64,000 nt of DNA, taken from assembly GCA_030522375.1 (NCBI GenBank), contig CP130488.1:576569-640568 (forward strand). The letters are read 5' to 3'. The notes beneath the pieces are model-generated. The model was not told the origin of the DNA. It saw only the letters and a list, made by a program, of their open reading frames with translations, and made no database searches. Shown here piece after piece: positions 20,406-30,832 of this stretch; the stretch's first letter is position 1; every line of letters starts with the position of its first letter. The DNA is from Methanosuratincola petrocarbonis (GTDB taxonomy: Archaea; Thermoproteota; Methanomethylicia; Methanomethylicales; Methanomethylicaceae). Made by a program: the position numbers and the translations under genes.

Positions 20406-21530
20406 ATGCGAAGCGAGTGCCTGATCTATCCTGTCGCAGCATCCGCTGCCTTCGCCCTTTTGACTGCCTGGCCCTCGATCTTCCCGCTAGACGCGCAAAT
20501 CAACTACAGCAACCTCTTCATGGAGGGCATCATACTGGCGGTGCTGCTCTTGGGCAGCCTATTCTCGCGCAATATGGGGGTCTTTCTGAAGCTCGGGTGG
20601 GCGGTTCTCATGTTGGGTTTCCTTGCAGGCCTCCTTGGCGAACTCACTGCGGAGCCTGAGATCTTGAGCGTGTTAATGAGCGGTCTGCTCAAAGCAGGCG
20701 GTTTTGTCCTGGTGCTCTACGGCTTGATGAAAATGCGCGGGAAAATGAACGAGGAGACCTCGCCTGCAAGAAAGTCGCTGGAGCCGCCGAAATCCAATGA
20801 CGCTGACCTTGCAGAGATGCTCGGGACCGACCAGTCTGACGATCTTGAAGTCAAGCGCCTCGCGGCGATAGGTCAGGTCGCAGCGATGGTGGGTCACGAC
20901 CTGAGGAACCCGCTCCAGGCAATTGTTTACTCAGTTTACAACACCGAGGAGGAGATCAGGAGCCTGCCTGAGGATGCGAAAAAAATGCTGGAGGAGCGTG
21001 GCTTCATCGCATTCCTCGAGAATCTGAATAAACAGGTCGGCTTCATGAACAAGATGGTAACCGACCTACAAGACTATGCCAAGTCGACAAAGCCAGAGTT
21101 CTATGACATAAACCTGAACGGTCTCGTAGAGGAGGCGCTGAAATCGGTGAGCAGACCGGAGAATGTTGCAGTAGTTGTGGAGCCTGACACGACACTAGGC
21201 AGGATAAAGGGCGACCCCCAGCTCATCAGGAGGGTGTTCATAAACCTGATAACCAATGCCTTCCAAGCCATGCCCGGGGGCGGATCCCTCGAGATCTCGA
21301 TAAGGAAGGAGGGGAACTGCGCCCAGGTATCCTTCAGCGACACTGGAGTCGGCATATCCCCTGAAAACCTCAAAAAACTCTTCGATCCGTTTTTTACTAC
21401 GAAGGCAAAGGGGATGGGCCTGGGTCTAGCCATTTGCAAAAAGGCGATAGAGGCACACCGCGGGTCAATAGAGGTGCAGAGCGAGTTGGGCAAAGGCACG
21501 CGATTCACCATCAGGCTCCCCATCGGATAG
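20406..21530 (+). CDS. Membrane sensor histidine kinase
   Basis: 374 aa. N-terminal TM helices, H-box HDLRNPLQAI, and HATPase_c motifs (NLITNAF, GMGLGLAICK). Confidence 0.8.
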   Translation: MRSECLIYPVAASAAFALLTAWPSIFPLDAQINYSNLFMEGIILAVLLLGSLFSRNMGVFLKLGWAVLMLGFLAGLLGELTAEPEILSVLMSGLLKAGGFVLVLYGLMKMRGKMNEETSPARKSLEPPKSNDADLAEMLGTDQSDDLEVKRLAAIGQVAAMVGHDLRNPLQAIVYSVYNTEEEIRSLPEDAKKMLEERGFIAFLENLNKQVGFMNKMVTDLQDYAKSTKPEFYDINLNGLVEEALKSVSRPENVAVVVEPDTTLGRIKGDPQLIRRVFINLITNAFQAMPGGGSLEISIRKEGNCAQVSFSDTGVGISPENLKKLFDPFFTTKAKGMGLGLAICKKAIEAHRGSIEVQSELGKGTRFTIRLPIG

Positions 21531-21612
21531 CGGAATCCATTCGCCGGAACAGATGCAATCCTTATTAGCCGATCCTGAAAATAGAGTATTTGTTGCCCTC
21601 TAGGGTGTTCTG

Positions 21613-22035
21613 ATGAGCGCATTGAACGAGATGATAACGCGAGGGAGGATCCACCTAGAGCTCGGCAAGAACGAGGATGCGATCGTCTATTTTGATCTGG
21701 CGCTTGAGATGGATCCCGAGAACGCGGTGGCTTGGGGCGGCAAGGGGATCGCCTTCGTCAATCTCGGCATGTACGACGAGGCACTTGAGTGCTTCGACAA
21801 GGCGATCTCTTACGACGCTGAGCTCGCTTTCGCCTGGGAAGGTAAGGGGATTGCCCTCATGAGGAAAGGCCAGGTCGAGGAGTCGATCCCGTTCTTCGAC
21901 ATGGCGCTGAAGATAGAGCCAAATTTCGCCAGGGCTGCACAGAACATGGCGATCGCGCTCGAGAAACTGGGAAGGAAGGAGGAGAGCGAGAGGTACCGCT
22001 CACTTGCCGGGTCCCTGAGGTCTCGTGGGGGATGA
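21613..22035 (+). CDS. TPR repeat protein
   Basis: 140 aa of tandem TPR units (AWGGKGIAF...AFAWEGKGIAL...). Confidence 0.7.
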   Translation: MSALNEMITRGRIHLELGKNEDAIVYFDLALEMDPENAVAWGGKGIAFVNLGMYDEALECFDKAISYDAELAFAWEGKGIALMRKGQVEESIPFFDMALKIEPNFARAAQNMAIALEKLGRKEESERYRSLAGSLRSRGG

Positions 22036-22041
22036 GGTGAA

Positions 22042-22464
22042 TCACTCGCCCATCACTTGGACAACGACCCTCCTCCCTGAGCGGGGGCCGTCCAGCTCGA
22101 GGAAGAATATGCTTTGCCATGTGCCCAGGGTAAGCCTCCCTCCTTTGACAGGGATCGTCACCGAAGGGCCGAGATAGGTCCCAGCCAAGTGTGCATCGGC
22201 ATTGTCGTCTATCCTGTTGTGCGCCCACGCCCTGCTCTCCGGGAAGTCCTCTGCCGTCTTCCTGAGTATGTCCGATTTGAGCCCCTCCTCGTCCTCATTG
22301 ACTATTATCGCGCTCGTGGAGTGGGTAGTGAAGACCACGCAAAGCCCGTCGGTGATCCCGCTCTCGGTCACCGCACCCTGGACCCCTCCAGTGATGTTGA
22401 TTACTTCCCTCCTCTTCCCTGTGTTGATGGTCAGGTGCGTTGTGAATGCCCTCAGGTTTGACAC
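22042..22464 (-). CDS. YjbQ/UPF0047 family protein (secondary thiamine-phosphate synthase-like)
   Basis: 140 aa with typical YjbQ-family sequence (GLCVVFTTHSTSAIIVNE...HLAGTYLGPSVTIPV). Confidence 0.7.
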   Translation of the reverse strand: MSNLRAFTTHLTINTGKRREVINITGGVQGAVTESGITDGLCVVFTTHSTSAIIVNEDEEGLKSDILRKTAEDFPESRAWAHNRIDDNADAHLAGTYLGPSVTIPVKGGRLTLGTWQSIFFLELDGPRSGRRVVVQVMGE

Positions 22465-22510
22465 CAGGAATAATTTGGGAAAGGTGGCGTAAAAAGTTGA
22501 GGCTCCCCGA

Positions 22511-23221
22511 TCAGAGCCCGAGCATCCTGCGCACTTCCGCTATGACCTTGGCGAGGTCTTCAACCACGGCGGAGATCAGCTCTTCGCCCTTCTCCTTGGT
22601 CGCCTTCTTGGCATCGCCGGTGAGGGCGATCTCGTAGAGCCGCTCGTCAATCTTCTTCGAGTACACTTTCACATCAGGGTAAGTGACCTCGTGCCTGCCC
22701 GCAAGGTATATGTTGACCTTGCCCTCGTCGACAGCCAGCATTGCGCTCGTCTCGTCCTCCCCTGCATGGCCTGGGGAGGAGAAGAGGTCCTTCTTACTGG
22801 TCCCGAGGTCCTTCCACCAATCGAGCACCACCACTGAGAGCCCCGTCCTGCTCGCTGCCTGCCTGGCTGCCATCTGAATCGGGGTTGAATTGCCACCATG
22901 GCCATTCAGGGCAACTACGAGCCTGATGCCATTGCGCCACGCCTCCTCCAGGATGCATTCGATGTATTTGAAGAGGACCTCCGAGTCGATGTCGAAGGTC
23001 CCGGGGAACCCGCGCATCGCGTGGCAGGATCCGTAAAATATCGTCGGCAGCACGATCGCGCCGGTCAGCTCTGCAGCCCTGCAAGCAATGTGCTCGGGCA
23101 GCTCGCTGTCCGTCCCCAGCGGGAGGTGGTCTCCGTGCCTCTCTATGCTGCCGATAGGCAGTATGGCGACAGACTTGTCCACCCTCTCAAAGTCAAACCC
23201 ATTCATGTCCTTCAGGATCAT
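22511..23221 (-). CDS. Creatininase family amidohydrolase (archaeal ArfB-like)
   Basis: 236 aa with the creatinine amidohydrolase family signature (LPIGSIERHGDHLPLGTD, ALNGHGGN). Confidence 0.8.
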   Translation of the reverse strand: MILKDMNGFDFERVDKSVAILPIGSIERHGDHLPLGTDSELPEHIACRAAELTGAIVLPTIFYGSCHAMRGFPGTFDIDSEVLFKYIECILEEAWRNGIRLVVALNGHGGNSTPIQMAARQAASRTGLSVVVLDWWKDLGTSKKDLFSSPGHAGEDETSAMLAVDEGKVNIYLAGRHEVTYPDVKVYSKKIDERLYEIALTGDAKKATKEKGEELISAVVEDLAKVIAEVRRMLGL

Positions 23222-23341
23222 AAAGGGACACCCTCTGCGATAGCTTTGCGGGCGGGCATATAAAAAAGCGCCTTTCGGCGCCGAACTTTGGCATGCAAGG
23301 TAATATATCGGTCGACGCCGGTTATTACTTGAGGACTGCCT

Positions 23342-24559
23342 ATGGTAAGGATCGGCATCATAGGGAAGACCAACGCCGGAAAGACGACCCTCTTCAATGC
23401 GATCACAATGATGAACGCAGAGGTCTCGAACTACCCGTTCACAACGAAGGAACCGAATGTAGGCATCGGATACGTCAAGACCGCATGCATGTGCAAGGAG
23501 CTTGGTGTGAAGGACAACCCGCAGAACTCTGTCTGCATCGATGGCTGGCGTTTCATACCCGTGGAGGTCGTGGACCTTCCGGGGCTCATCAAGGGGGCAT
23601 CAGAGGGCCTCGGGCTCGGCACCCGCTTCCTCTCAGTCGCAGCCCAGGCGGATGTGATCCTGCACGTCGTGGACGCCTCGGGGAGCATAAATGCGAAGGG
23701 GGAGATCTGCGAGCCGGGGATGGGATCGCCCTTGGCTGACTATTACGACATCGAGGAGGAGCTGGTGAAGTGGTACACGAAGAACCTCATTGAGAACGCC
23801 GACAAGGTGAAGAGGGCGATCCAGAACAAGGCGGTCACGCTCCCTGCGGCGCTATATGACATCCTCTCAGGGATAAAGGTCACCTACCCCCAGATCAAAG
23901 AGGCCCTCTCGAAGACCAGGCTCGAGGGCGTGCCGTTCGAGGACTGGGAGGATGAGGAGTTCAGGGCATTCGCGACCGAGATAAGGTACCTCTCGAAGCC
24001 CACGCTCATAGTCGCGAACAAGATGGACAGGCCCGTGGCGGAGAGGAACCTGAACGGGCTCATTGAGACCTTCGGCAAGAGCTTTGTGATCCCTGCCTCC
24101 GCAGAGGTCGAGCTCCTGCTGAGGCGCGCTGAGAAGGCGGGGGCGATATCGTACACGCCGGGGGACGAGAAATTCGTAGTCAAGGACGCCAGCAAGCTCA
24201 CGCCCAAGCAGAAGTGGGCGCTCGAGTACGTCCAGTCGAGGGTCTTCGACAAATGGCTACGGACCGGGGTCGACCTGGCAGTGACGACCGCCGTGCTCAA
24301 GCTCCTCAGGATAAACGTCATCTACCCTGTAGAGGACGCGAAGAAGTACTCCGACAGGAAGGGGAATGTCCTCCCTGACGCGTACCTGATGCCGCAGGGC
24401 TCCACGCCAAAGGACCTCGCAAGGCAGATCCACTCCGACCTCTACGACAACTTCCTGTACGCGATCGACTCCGTGAGCGGGATCCGCCTCCCCAACGACT
24501 ACGAGCTGCGCGACCGTGACATCATCACGATAGTCACAGCCCGGAAGAGGAAATCCTGA
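23342..24559 (+). CDS. Obg/YchF-like GTPase with C-terminal TGS-like domain
   Basis: N-terminal P-loop IGIIGKTNAGKTTLFNAI; G3 VDLPGLI; G4 NKMD. 405 aa. Confidence 0.75.
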   Translation: MVRIGIIGKTNAGKTTLFNAITMMNAEVSNYPFTTKEPNVGIGYVKTACMCKELGVKDNPQNSVCIDGWRFIPVEVVDLPGLIKGASEGLGLGTRFLSVAAQADVILHVVDASGSINAKGEICEPGMGSPLADYYDIEEELVKWYTKNLIENADKVKRAIQNKAVTLPAALYDILSGIKVTYPQIKEALSKTRLEGVPFEDWEDEEFRAFATEIRYLSKPTLIVANKMDRPVAERNLNGLIETFGKSFVIPASAEVELLLRRAEKAGAISYTPGDEKFVVKDASKLTPKQKWALEYVQSRVFDKWLRTGVDLAVTTAVLKLLRINVIYPVEDAKKYSDRKGNVLPDAYLMPQGSTPKDLARQIHSDLYDNFLYAIDSVSGIRLPNDYELRDRDIITIVTARKRKS

Positions 24560-24610
24560 AAGCCAATTTTTATTAATCCTGCCCCCCCCACTAATTCAAG
24601 GGGACAGATT

Positions 24611-25303
24611 ATGGAATATGAGATAAGGTACAAGCCTTCCTACGCGATGGCTGTTTTGAAGCTGAAGGACGGCGAGTCCGTTGTCGGGGAGTCCGGAGCA
24701 ATGACTTACATGACCCCGAACATCGAGGCCCGCACTCGGACAAGGTCAGGTATACTCGGCTCGCTCGGGCTGAAGCTGCTCGGGGGGCAGTCCTTCTGGG
24801 TCACCGACTACTCGGCGAAGGGCGGGCCAGGGGAAGTGGCATTCGTCTCCGCCCCGCTGGGGGACATCGAGCACCTCACGCTGGACGGGAAGAATGGGTG
24901 GATCATTCGGAAGGAGTCCTACGTCGCATCCTCGCCTGCCGTGGACCTGGACATAAAATGGGAGGGTTTCACGAGGGGGCTATTCGGTCAGGGGCTATTC
25001 ATGATAAAAGCCACAGGCACAGGGGACCTATTCATCAACACATTCGGCGCGATTGACCGGCACACGTTGGGGCCGGGCGAGCAGCTTATAGTCGACAACT
25101 TCCACCTTGTCGCATTCAACAACACGTGCACATACAGGGTCGAACGCTTCGGGGGCATGAAGGAGACGCTCCTCAGCGGCGAGGGGCTGGTCACCAGGAT
25201 AACTGGGCCTGGCGAAGTCCTCCTCCAGACAAAGAACCCGAGGGAATTCGCGGACTGGATATGGACCCTGATTGAGCCGCGCGTCCAGTCCAGGGCGAGA
25301 TGA
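24611..25303 (+). CDS. AIM24/DUF124 (TIGR00266) family protein
   Basis: 230 aa beta-rich protein with family-typical motifs (GESGAMTYM, GEGLVTRITGPGEV). Confidence 0.65.
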   Translation: MEYEIRYKPSYAMAVLKLKDGESVVGESGAMTYMTPNIEARTRTRSGILGSLGLKLLGGQSFWVTDYSAKGGPGEVAFVSAPLGDIEHLTLDGKNGWIIRKESYVASSPAVDLDIKWEGFTRGLFGQGLFMIKATGTGDLFINTFGAIDRHTLGPGEQLIVDNFHLVAFNNTCTYRVERFGGMKETLLSGEGLVTRITGPGEVLLQTKNPREFADWIWTLIEPRVQSRAR

Positions 25304-25848
25304 GGGTGCCCTCGTTGGAAGAGGCAATCTCATCATCCCAAGTTTTTTCCGGCAGGGCAATCAGCGTCCGAGTCGACGATGTGAGGTTGCCAAGCGGGAG
25401 GCTCGCCCGCAGGGAGACTGTGGTCCACCCTGGAGCCGTGGCTATTGTGGCCTTGGAAGGGGAAGATGTCCTGCTCGAGCGGCAGTACCGGCACACGGCG
25501 AAGAGGGTGATCTGGGAGATCCCGGCTGGGACGATCGAAGAGGGCGAGGCCCCCGAGGACTGCGCGAGGAGGGAGCTGATCGAGGAGACGGGATACGCCG
25601 CGGAAAAGATGGAGCGGATATTCAGCTTCTATGTTGCGCCCGGATACAGCACAGAGGTCATACACCTCTTCCTTGCCAAGGGTCTGAGGAGTTCCTCGAA
25701 GAGGCTCGATGACGACGAGGAGATCGAGCCGGTGTTCGTCCCACTCCAGAAGGCTATCGAGATGGTCAGGGACAACGAGATTGAGGACGCGAAGACTGCG
25801 ATAGGGATCCTCTTCTTCGAGAGGTTCTTGGGGAATGCCAGGGGGTGA
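25300..25848 (+). CDS. NUDIX hydrolase (ADP-ribose pyrophosphatase-like)
   Basis: Nudix box GTIEEGEAPEDCARRELIEETGY. Start overlaps the upstream gene's stop by 4 nt. Confidence 0.8.
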   Translation: MRVPSLEEAISSSQVFSGRAISVRVDDVRLPSGRLARRETVVHPGAVAIVALEGEDVLLERQYRHTAKRVIWEIPAGTIEEGEAPEDCARRELIEETGYAAEKMERIFSFYVAPGYSTEVIHLFLAKGLRSSSKRLDDDEEIEPVFVPLQKAIEMVRDNEIEDAKTAIGILFFERFLGNARG

Positions 25849-26379
25849 GTGGGCTTGGGGGATGACAGTGCGCATGTCTCCCGGATCAGGAAGAGCAGGG
25901 GGCAGGGGTTCGAGCGCGATCTCGTGAAAAGGTACCGCGCGGCCGGGTGGTGGTCGTACAGGACCGGGGGGAACAGCGCATACCTACCGGACGTGATGGC
26001 CACGAACGACAGCACTGGCGAGCTCGACGTTGTAGAAGCAAAAGCAGGCGCAAAGGATCACCTCTACGTCGAGTGGGATCAGATCGAAAGGGACATCTTC
26101 CTCATCAACGGGTTCAAGCGGTACCCAAGGCGCAGGATAGTGCTCGCCTTCAAGTTCCTCTCAAAGAAGCGGAAGGGGGACGGCTACCTCAGGAGGGAGC
26201 TCAGGGAATTCTACAAGATCGTGCCAGAGGAGATGTGGGACTCCCTCAGGGGGCAGACGATATGCTGCCACTACGAGAGGGGTAACGACCTCCCAGACTA
26301 CTCGCCCCCGTTCAAGATCAAGGGCAAGAGGGAGAGCGGGGCAATCGGATCCGAAGAAGACGCTGAAATCGGGGACTAG
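25849..26379 (+). CDS. hjc: Holliday junction resolvase Hjc-like PD-(D/E)xK nuclease
   Basis: GFERDLVKRYRAAGWWSYRTGGNS...PDVMA...LDVVEAKAG matches the Hjc core pattern (ERELV..L...G....R..GS...PD..A....E.K). 176 aa with a C-terminal extension. GTG start. Confidence 0.5.
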   Translation: MGLGDDSAHVSRIRKSRGQGFERDLVKRYRAAGWWSYRTGGNSAYLPDVMATNDSTGELDVVEAKAGAKDHLYVEWDQIERDIFLINGFKRYPRRRIVLAFKFLSKKRKGDGYLRRELREFYKIVPEEMWDSLRGQTICCHYERGNDLPDYSPPFKIKGKRESGAIGSEEDAEIGD

Positions 26380-26503
26380 CGCGCCGGCGCCATTCCCAAG
26401 CCGCCGATTGGGCGTCCATTGTTGCTTGGTTTGCAGCCCCCCAGGGGGCCGGCATTAAAAGCTTATTTCTGACCCGCTACAATTATCTCGGAGGGTATGC
26501 GAT

Positions 26504-26899
26504 ATGGCGTCTGACTCGGACGACGAGATCGAGATCATAAAAAAGCGGAAGCTCCTCGAGATGGAGCGCAGGCTCGCAGCGATGAAAAAGACGCAGACAG
26601 AGGCGCCCAAGAAGGTCGAGGAGGATCCGCTCTCAATTGTCAAAAGGCGCCTGATCGGGAGGGGACCGGAGGTCTTGGAAGCAGCCCTCTCCCAGTACCC
26701 CCAGGCTGCGATGGAGGTCGTGAAGTACATCGCCAACCTCTACAGGACAGGCAAGCTCCGCGAGGACATCCCTGGGGAGGACCTGTACGAGCTCTTCTGC
26801 AACTTGGGGATGCCCGTGAGGCTCGAGACCTCGATCACATACATAAAGGACGGCAAGCGCGTGCCCCTCAGCCAGAAGTTCAAGGGCAAGGGGGATTGA
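26504..26899 (+). CDS. PDCD5/TFAR19-like dsDNA-binding protein
   Basis: 131 aa, charged, KRKLLEMERRLAAM... helical-bundle pattern typical of the archaeal PDCD5-related family. Confidence 0.5.
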   Translation: MASDSDDEIEIIKKRKLLEMERRLAAMKKTQTEAPKKVEEDPLSIVKRRLIGRGPEVLEAALSQYPQAAMEVVKYIANLYRTGKLREDIPGEDLYELFCNLGMPVRLETSITYIKDGKRVPLSQKFKGKGD

Positions 26900-26942
26900 C
26901 CCGCCCGTAATGGTAAGATAAAAAAATTAAGATAAAAAAAGC

Positions 26943-28079
26943 CTATTTTTTGAGGCTCTCGAGTACAAGCTGTGAGAGTGTCTTTATCGGCGGGTATCCC
27001 GCCTCCTTGGGCAGGCCGCCCATGTGGTACATGCAGAATGCGCATCCCACGCCGACCTCTGCGCCCTTCGCTTTCGCTTCCGACATCAGCATCTCCGCCA
27101 GCTTGTTCGCGATATCGGGATAAAGCGGCTTCACGCCCGCGGGAGCCCCACAGCAGACCGCTTCCTTCCCGCTCTCCCCGTATTCGACCAGATCGCCGAT
27201 CCTGCGCAAGACATCCCTCGGGGGCTGGATTGTCCCGGTCCTCCTGACCAGGGGGCAGGGATCCTTGTAGATTATCCTCTTCCCCTCAGCTGCGCTGGGG
27301 CTGATCCTCCCTTCCTTGACAAGCTGATCGAGCAGCTCTGAGATGTGGACGACTTCGTAATCCGGCTTCCTGAAGAGGGCAGGGTACACGTTCTTGAAGA
27401 CATCGTAGCATGAGGGGCACTCGGTCACGACCGTCCTGGCGCCTGTGGACTCGAAGAGCACCGTGTTCTTCTCGGCGAGCCTCTTGGCCTCCTCGAGCAT
27501 CCCTGTGTCGATGAGGAAGAGCCCGCAGCACCACTCCTTCTCCCCGAGCGTCGTGAAATCCAAGCCCGCCTTGATCAGGACCTCCATTGTCGCCTTCGCG
27601 GTCTCGGGGAGCTTGATCCCCGACCAGCACCCTGGCACATATAGGTACTTTGCTTTCTCTGGGGGCTTGAACCCCTCTGGCAGGCAGGCGGTGCGCTTCT
27701 CCGGCGGCGCCGCCATCGGCGATCCCATCTTGATTATTGCGTCTGCTATCGTCTTGTACTTCTCAGGGACCATGTCCCTCCTCCGCAGCTCTGCCCTAGC
27801 AGCCTGGACGACGACCGAGATCGGTATGTCCATCGGGCAGGAGCTGTGGCAGCCGTCGCACCTGGTGCACAGGTACAGGGTCTTCAGGTCCTCCTCCTTG
27901 AGATCCTTGCCTTCGAAGAGCGCGATCGCAGCCTCGACCTTGGCCATGGCACCGAACTTCGGGTTGTTGGTTGCTTTGAAGAATGGGCAAACCTCGACGC
28001 AGGCGCCGCAAAGGGTGCACGCCGAAGCAATTTCTGGGGCATTCTCTAGCATCTCATACACCTGCGATCTATTCCTCAT
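26943..28079 (-). CDS. Fe-S oxidoreductase with 2x[4Fe-4S] ferredoxin motifs and two CCG domains (HdrD/GlpC/GlcF-like)
   Basis: CTLCGACVEVCP and CTRCDGCHSSCP motifs plus two CCG motifs (EWCCGLF, AVCCGAP). Start trimmed to MRNRSQVYE at 28079. The ORF-track N-terminal ~200 aa is Ser-rich antisense to grpE and was rejected. Confidence 0.75.
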   Translation of the reverse strand: MRNRSQVYEMLENAPEIASACTLCGACVEVCPFFKATNNPKFGAMAKVEAAIALFEGKDLKEEDLKTLYLCTRCDGCHSSCPMDIPISVVVQAARAELRRRDMVPEKYKTIADAIIKMGSPMAAPPEKRTACLPEGFKPPEKAKYLYVPGCWSGIKLPETAKATMEVLIKAGLDFTTLGEKEWCCGLFLIDTGMLEEAKRLAEKNTVLFESTGARTVVTECPSCYDVFKNVYPALFRKPDYEVVHISELLDQLVKEGRISPSAAEGKRIIYKDPCPLVRRTGTIQPPRDVLRRIGDLVEYGESGKEAVCCGAPAGVKPLYPDIANKLAEMLMSEAKAKGAEVGVGCAFCMYHMGGLPKEAGYPPIKTLSQLVLESLKK

Positions 28080-28185
28080 GCCGGCTATTATCCTTTGGCT
28101 GCGAGCGCACCCTCCTGCCAGCCATGCGTGAGATATATATATTTGACTGCGATATAATTCACTGCTTTTTTGAGGGGGGTACGCA
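28080..28185. promoter_or_regulatory. Divergent intergenic promoter region with AT-rich TATA-like boxes
   Basis: atatatatatttgactgcgatataattcac sits between the divergently transcribed HdrD-like gene (-) and grpE (+). Confidence 0.4.
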
Positions 28186-28791
28186 TTGCAGACTGACGGA
28201 TCCGGAGGAGACATGCGGGCAGATGGCATAGCGAAAGCTGAGGGACCCTTGGACGAGGAGAAGGGCATGGAGCTGGAGCGGCTCCAGGAAGAGGTGTGCA
28301 AGTACAAGGAGCAGCTTGACGCCCTCCAGAGGGAGCTGGACGAGTCGAAGAACAGGCTCAGGTACATGCAGGCTGACTGCGAGAACATAAGGAAGCGGTC
28401 AGAGAGGCAGATGGAGGAGGCGAGGCTCTTCGCCACTATGCCGCTGCTGTGCGACCTGCTCGAGGTGGTCGACGAGCTCGAGCTTGCACTGAGGAGCGCC
28501 TCCGGACCGGAGCAGCATGGAACCGTCCTCCAGGGGGTCGAGATGACGCTCAAGAAGATGAAGAAGATCCTTGAGAAGCACGGCGTCTCCCCGATCGAAT
28601 GCATCATGAAGCCGTTGGACCCCGAGAAGCACATGGTCGTCTCCAAGGAGGAGAGGGATGACCTGGAGGAGCACACCGTTGTTGAGGAGATAAGGAAGGG
28701 CTACCTCCTCAGGGATCGGGTAATCAGGCCGAGCGTTGTGAAGGTCTCGGTGAAGCCTTCAAGGTCAACAAAACCAAAGGAGGAGAATTGA
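28186..28791 (+). CDS. grpE: Nucleotide exchange factor GrpE
   Basis: 201 aa with a coiled-coil N-terminus and GrpE C-terminal beta domain ([17 protein letters not shown]). Confidence 0.9.
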   Translation: MQTDGSGGDMRADGIAKAEGPLDEEKGMELERLQEEVCKYKEQLDALQRELDESKNRLRYMQADCENIRKRSERQMEEARLFATMPLLCDLLEVVDELELALRSASGPEQHGTVLQGVEMTLKKMKKILEKHGVSPIECIMKPLDPEKHMVVSKEERDDLEEHTVVEEIRKGYLLRDRVIRPSVVKVSVKPSRSTKPKEEN

Positions 28792-28792
28792 T

Positions 28793-30688
28793 ATGGCAGC
28801 AAACATTCAGCCAGGAGAGAAAATTATAGGTATAGATTTAGGTACAACCAACTCTGCCGCAGCCATCTTCGAGGGCGGCAAGGCCACAGTGATACCGAGC
28901 GCCGAGGGGCCGACTGCTGCAGGGAAGATGTTCCCTTCGGTGGTCGCCTTCACCAAGGACGGGCAGCTGCTCGTCGGCGAGCCTGCTAAGCGGCAGGCAG
29001 TGGCGAACCCGGAGGGCACGGTATTCGAGATCAAGCGGAAGATGGGTACCGACTACAAGGTCAACATATTCGGGAAGGAGTACACGCCGCAGCAGATCTC
29101 CGCCTTCATACTGCAGAAGATCAAGAAGGACGCCGAGACCTACCTCGGCACAACGATTAAGAAGGCTGTCATAACAGTCCCGGCGCACTTCAACGACAAC
29201 CAGCGCCAGGCGACGAAGGACGCGGGCGAGATCGCCGGCTTCGAAGTTCTCAGGATCATAAACGAGCCCACGGCTGCTTGCCTGGCTTACGGTGTCGACA
29301 AGCTCGACAAGGAGCTAAAGATCCTCGTCTTCAGCTTCGGCGGCGGCACGCACGATGTCACGATTATGGACTTCGGGAAGGGCGTATTCCAGGTGCTGTC
29401 CACGAGCGGCGACACAGAGACGGGCGGGGCTGACATCGACAAGGCTCTTATGGACTATGTCCTCGAGGAGTTCAGGAGGCAGACCGGGATCGACCTGAGG
29501 GGCGACAGGATGGCGATGGCGAGGCTGAAGGAGGCTGCCGAGAGGGCGAAGATCGAGCTCTCCACGCTCCTCACGACCGACATCGACCTCCCGTTCATCT
29601 ATGCAGACGCATCCGGACCGAAGAACCTCCACGTGACCATTACAAGGGCGAAGCTAGAGGAGCTCGCGGCGCCTATAGTCCAGAAGACCGAGCGCACGAT
29701 CATGAGGGCTCTCGAGGACGCGAAGCTGACGCCCGCCCAGATCGACAAGATCATACTCATCGGCGGTACGACCAGGATGCCCCTCGTCCAGCGCTTCGTC
29801 GAGAGGATCCTCGGGAAGCCGGCGGAGCGCGGCGTGGACCCGATGGAGTGCGTCGCGATCGGCGCAGCGATACAGGGGGCGGTGCTCTCGGGCGAGGTGA
29901 AGGACATCCTGCTCCTCGACGTCACGCCGCTGTCGCTCGGGGTCGAGACCCTCGGCGGCGTCTTCACCAAGATAATAGAGAGGAACACCACCATCCCGAC
30001 GAGGCGCAGCCAGATCTTCACCACGGCTGCCGACTTCCAGACTGCTGTCACCATACACGTTCTCCAGGGTGAGCGGGCAATGGCGAAGGACAACGTCTCG
30101 CTGGGCATGTTCAACCTCGAGGGCATACCTCCGGCTCCGCGCGGCGTCCCGCAGATCGAGGTGACATTCGACATCGACGCGAACGGCATCCTGAACGTCA
30201 CTGCGAAGGACCTGGGGACCAACAAGGCTGCCTCAATCAGGATCACCGCCTCGACCAAGCTCTCCAAGGAGGAGAAGGAGAGGATGGTCAAGGAGGCTGA
30301 GCAGTTCGCCGAGCAGGACAGGAAGAAGAGGGAGGAGGCCGAGCTCAGGAACAATGCCGACAGCCTCATCTACACTGCTGAGAAGACGAAGAAGGACCTC
30401 GCCGACAAGCTGAAGCCCGACCAGGTGAGCAGGGTCGACGCCGCAGTCGCAGCGCTCAAGGAGGCGCTCGCCGGGACCGACGTGGAGAAGATAAAGGCAA
30501 AGTCCGAGGAGCTGACGAAGGTCCTCCAGGAGGTCGGGACCGCGATCTACCAGCAGGCTGCAGCCGAGTACCAGAAGGCGCAGCAGGCTTCCGGGCAACA
30601 ACAGCAGGCAGCCTCGGGCGCCCAAGGAGCGCAGCCGCAGGACGACAAGGAGAAGAAGGTCTACGACGCCGACTACAAGGTCAAGTGA
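28793..30688 (+). CDS. dnaK: Chaperone DnaK (Hsp70)
   Basis: 631 aa. [18 protein letters not shown]-type and other Hsp70 signatures. Starts 2 nt after the grpE stop. Confidence 0.95.
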   Translation: MAANIQPGEKIIGIDLGTTNSAAAIFEGGKATVIPSAEGPTAAGKMFPSVVAFTKDGQLLVGEPAKRQAVANPEGTVFEIKRKMGTDYKVNIFGKEYTPQQISAFILQKIKKDAETYLGTTIKKAVITVPAHFNDNQRQATKDAGEIAGFEVLRIINEPTAACLAYGVDKLDKELKILVFSFGGGTHDVTIMDFGKGVFQVLSTSGDTETGGADIDKALMDYVLEEFRRQTGIDLRGDRMAMARLKEAAERAKIELSTLLTTDIDLPFIYADASGPKNLHVTITRAKLEELAAPIVQKTERTIMRALEDAKLTPAQIDKIILIGGTTRMPLVQRFVERILGKPAERGVDPMECVAIGAAIQGAVLSGEVKDILLLDVTPLSLGVETLGGVFTKIIERNTTIPTRRSQIFTTAADFQTAVTIHVLQGERAMAKDNVSLGMFNLEGIPPAPRGVPQIEVTFDIDANGILNVTAKDLGTNKAASIRITASTKLSKEEKERMVKEAEQFAEQDRKKREEAELRNNADSLIYTAEKTKKDLADKLKPDQVSRVDAAVAALKEALAGTDVEKIKAKSEELTKVLQEVGTAIYQQAAAEYQKAQQASGQQQQAASGAQGAQPQDDKEKKVYDADYKVK

Positions 30689-30832
30689 CCTCCCTCCGCC
30701 CTTTTTTCGGGATGCAACAAAAGACTGAAATACCGAAAAACTCAGCAAGGTATCGGGGCAGTCACGGGCCAATAAGCCGGAAGTGATGAAGGGGGCTGTC
30801 TTCGGTCTTCGGATAAGCAAGTGGGGTGGGCA

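Noticed and set aside
28080-28676. 5' ~200 codons of the 577-aa minus-strand ORF 26943..28676
   Set aside because: They are Ser-rich, low-complexity and exactly antisense to grpE. The recognisable Fe-S protein begins at MRNRSQVYE (28079), downstream of a divergent AT-rich promoter.
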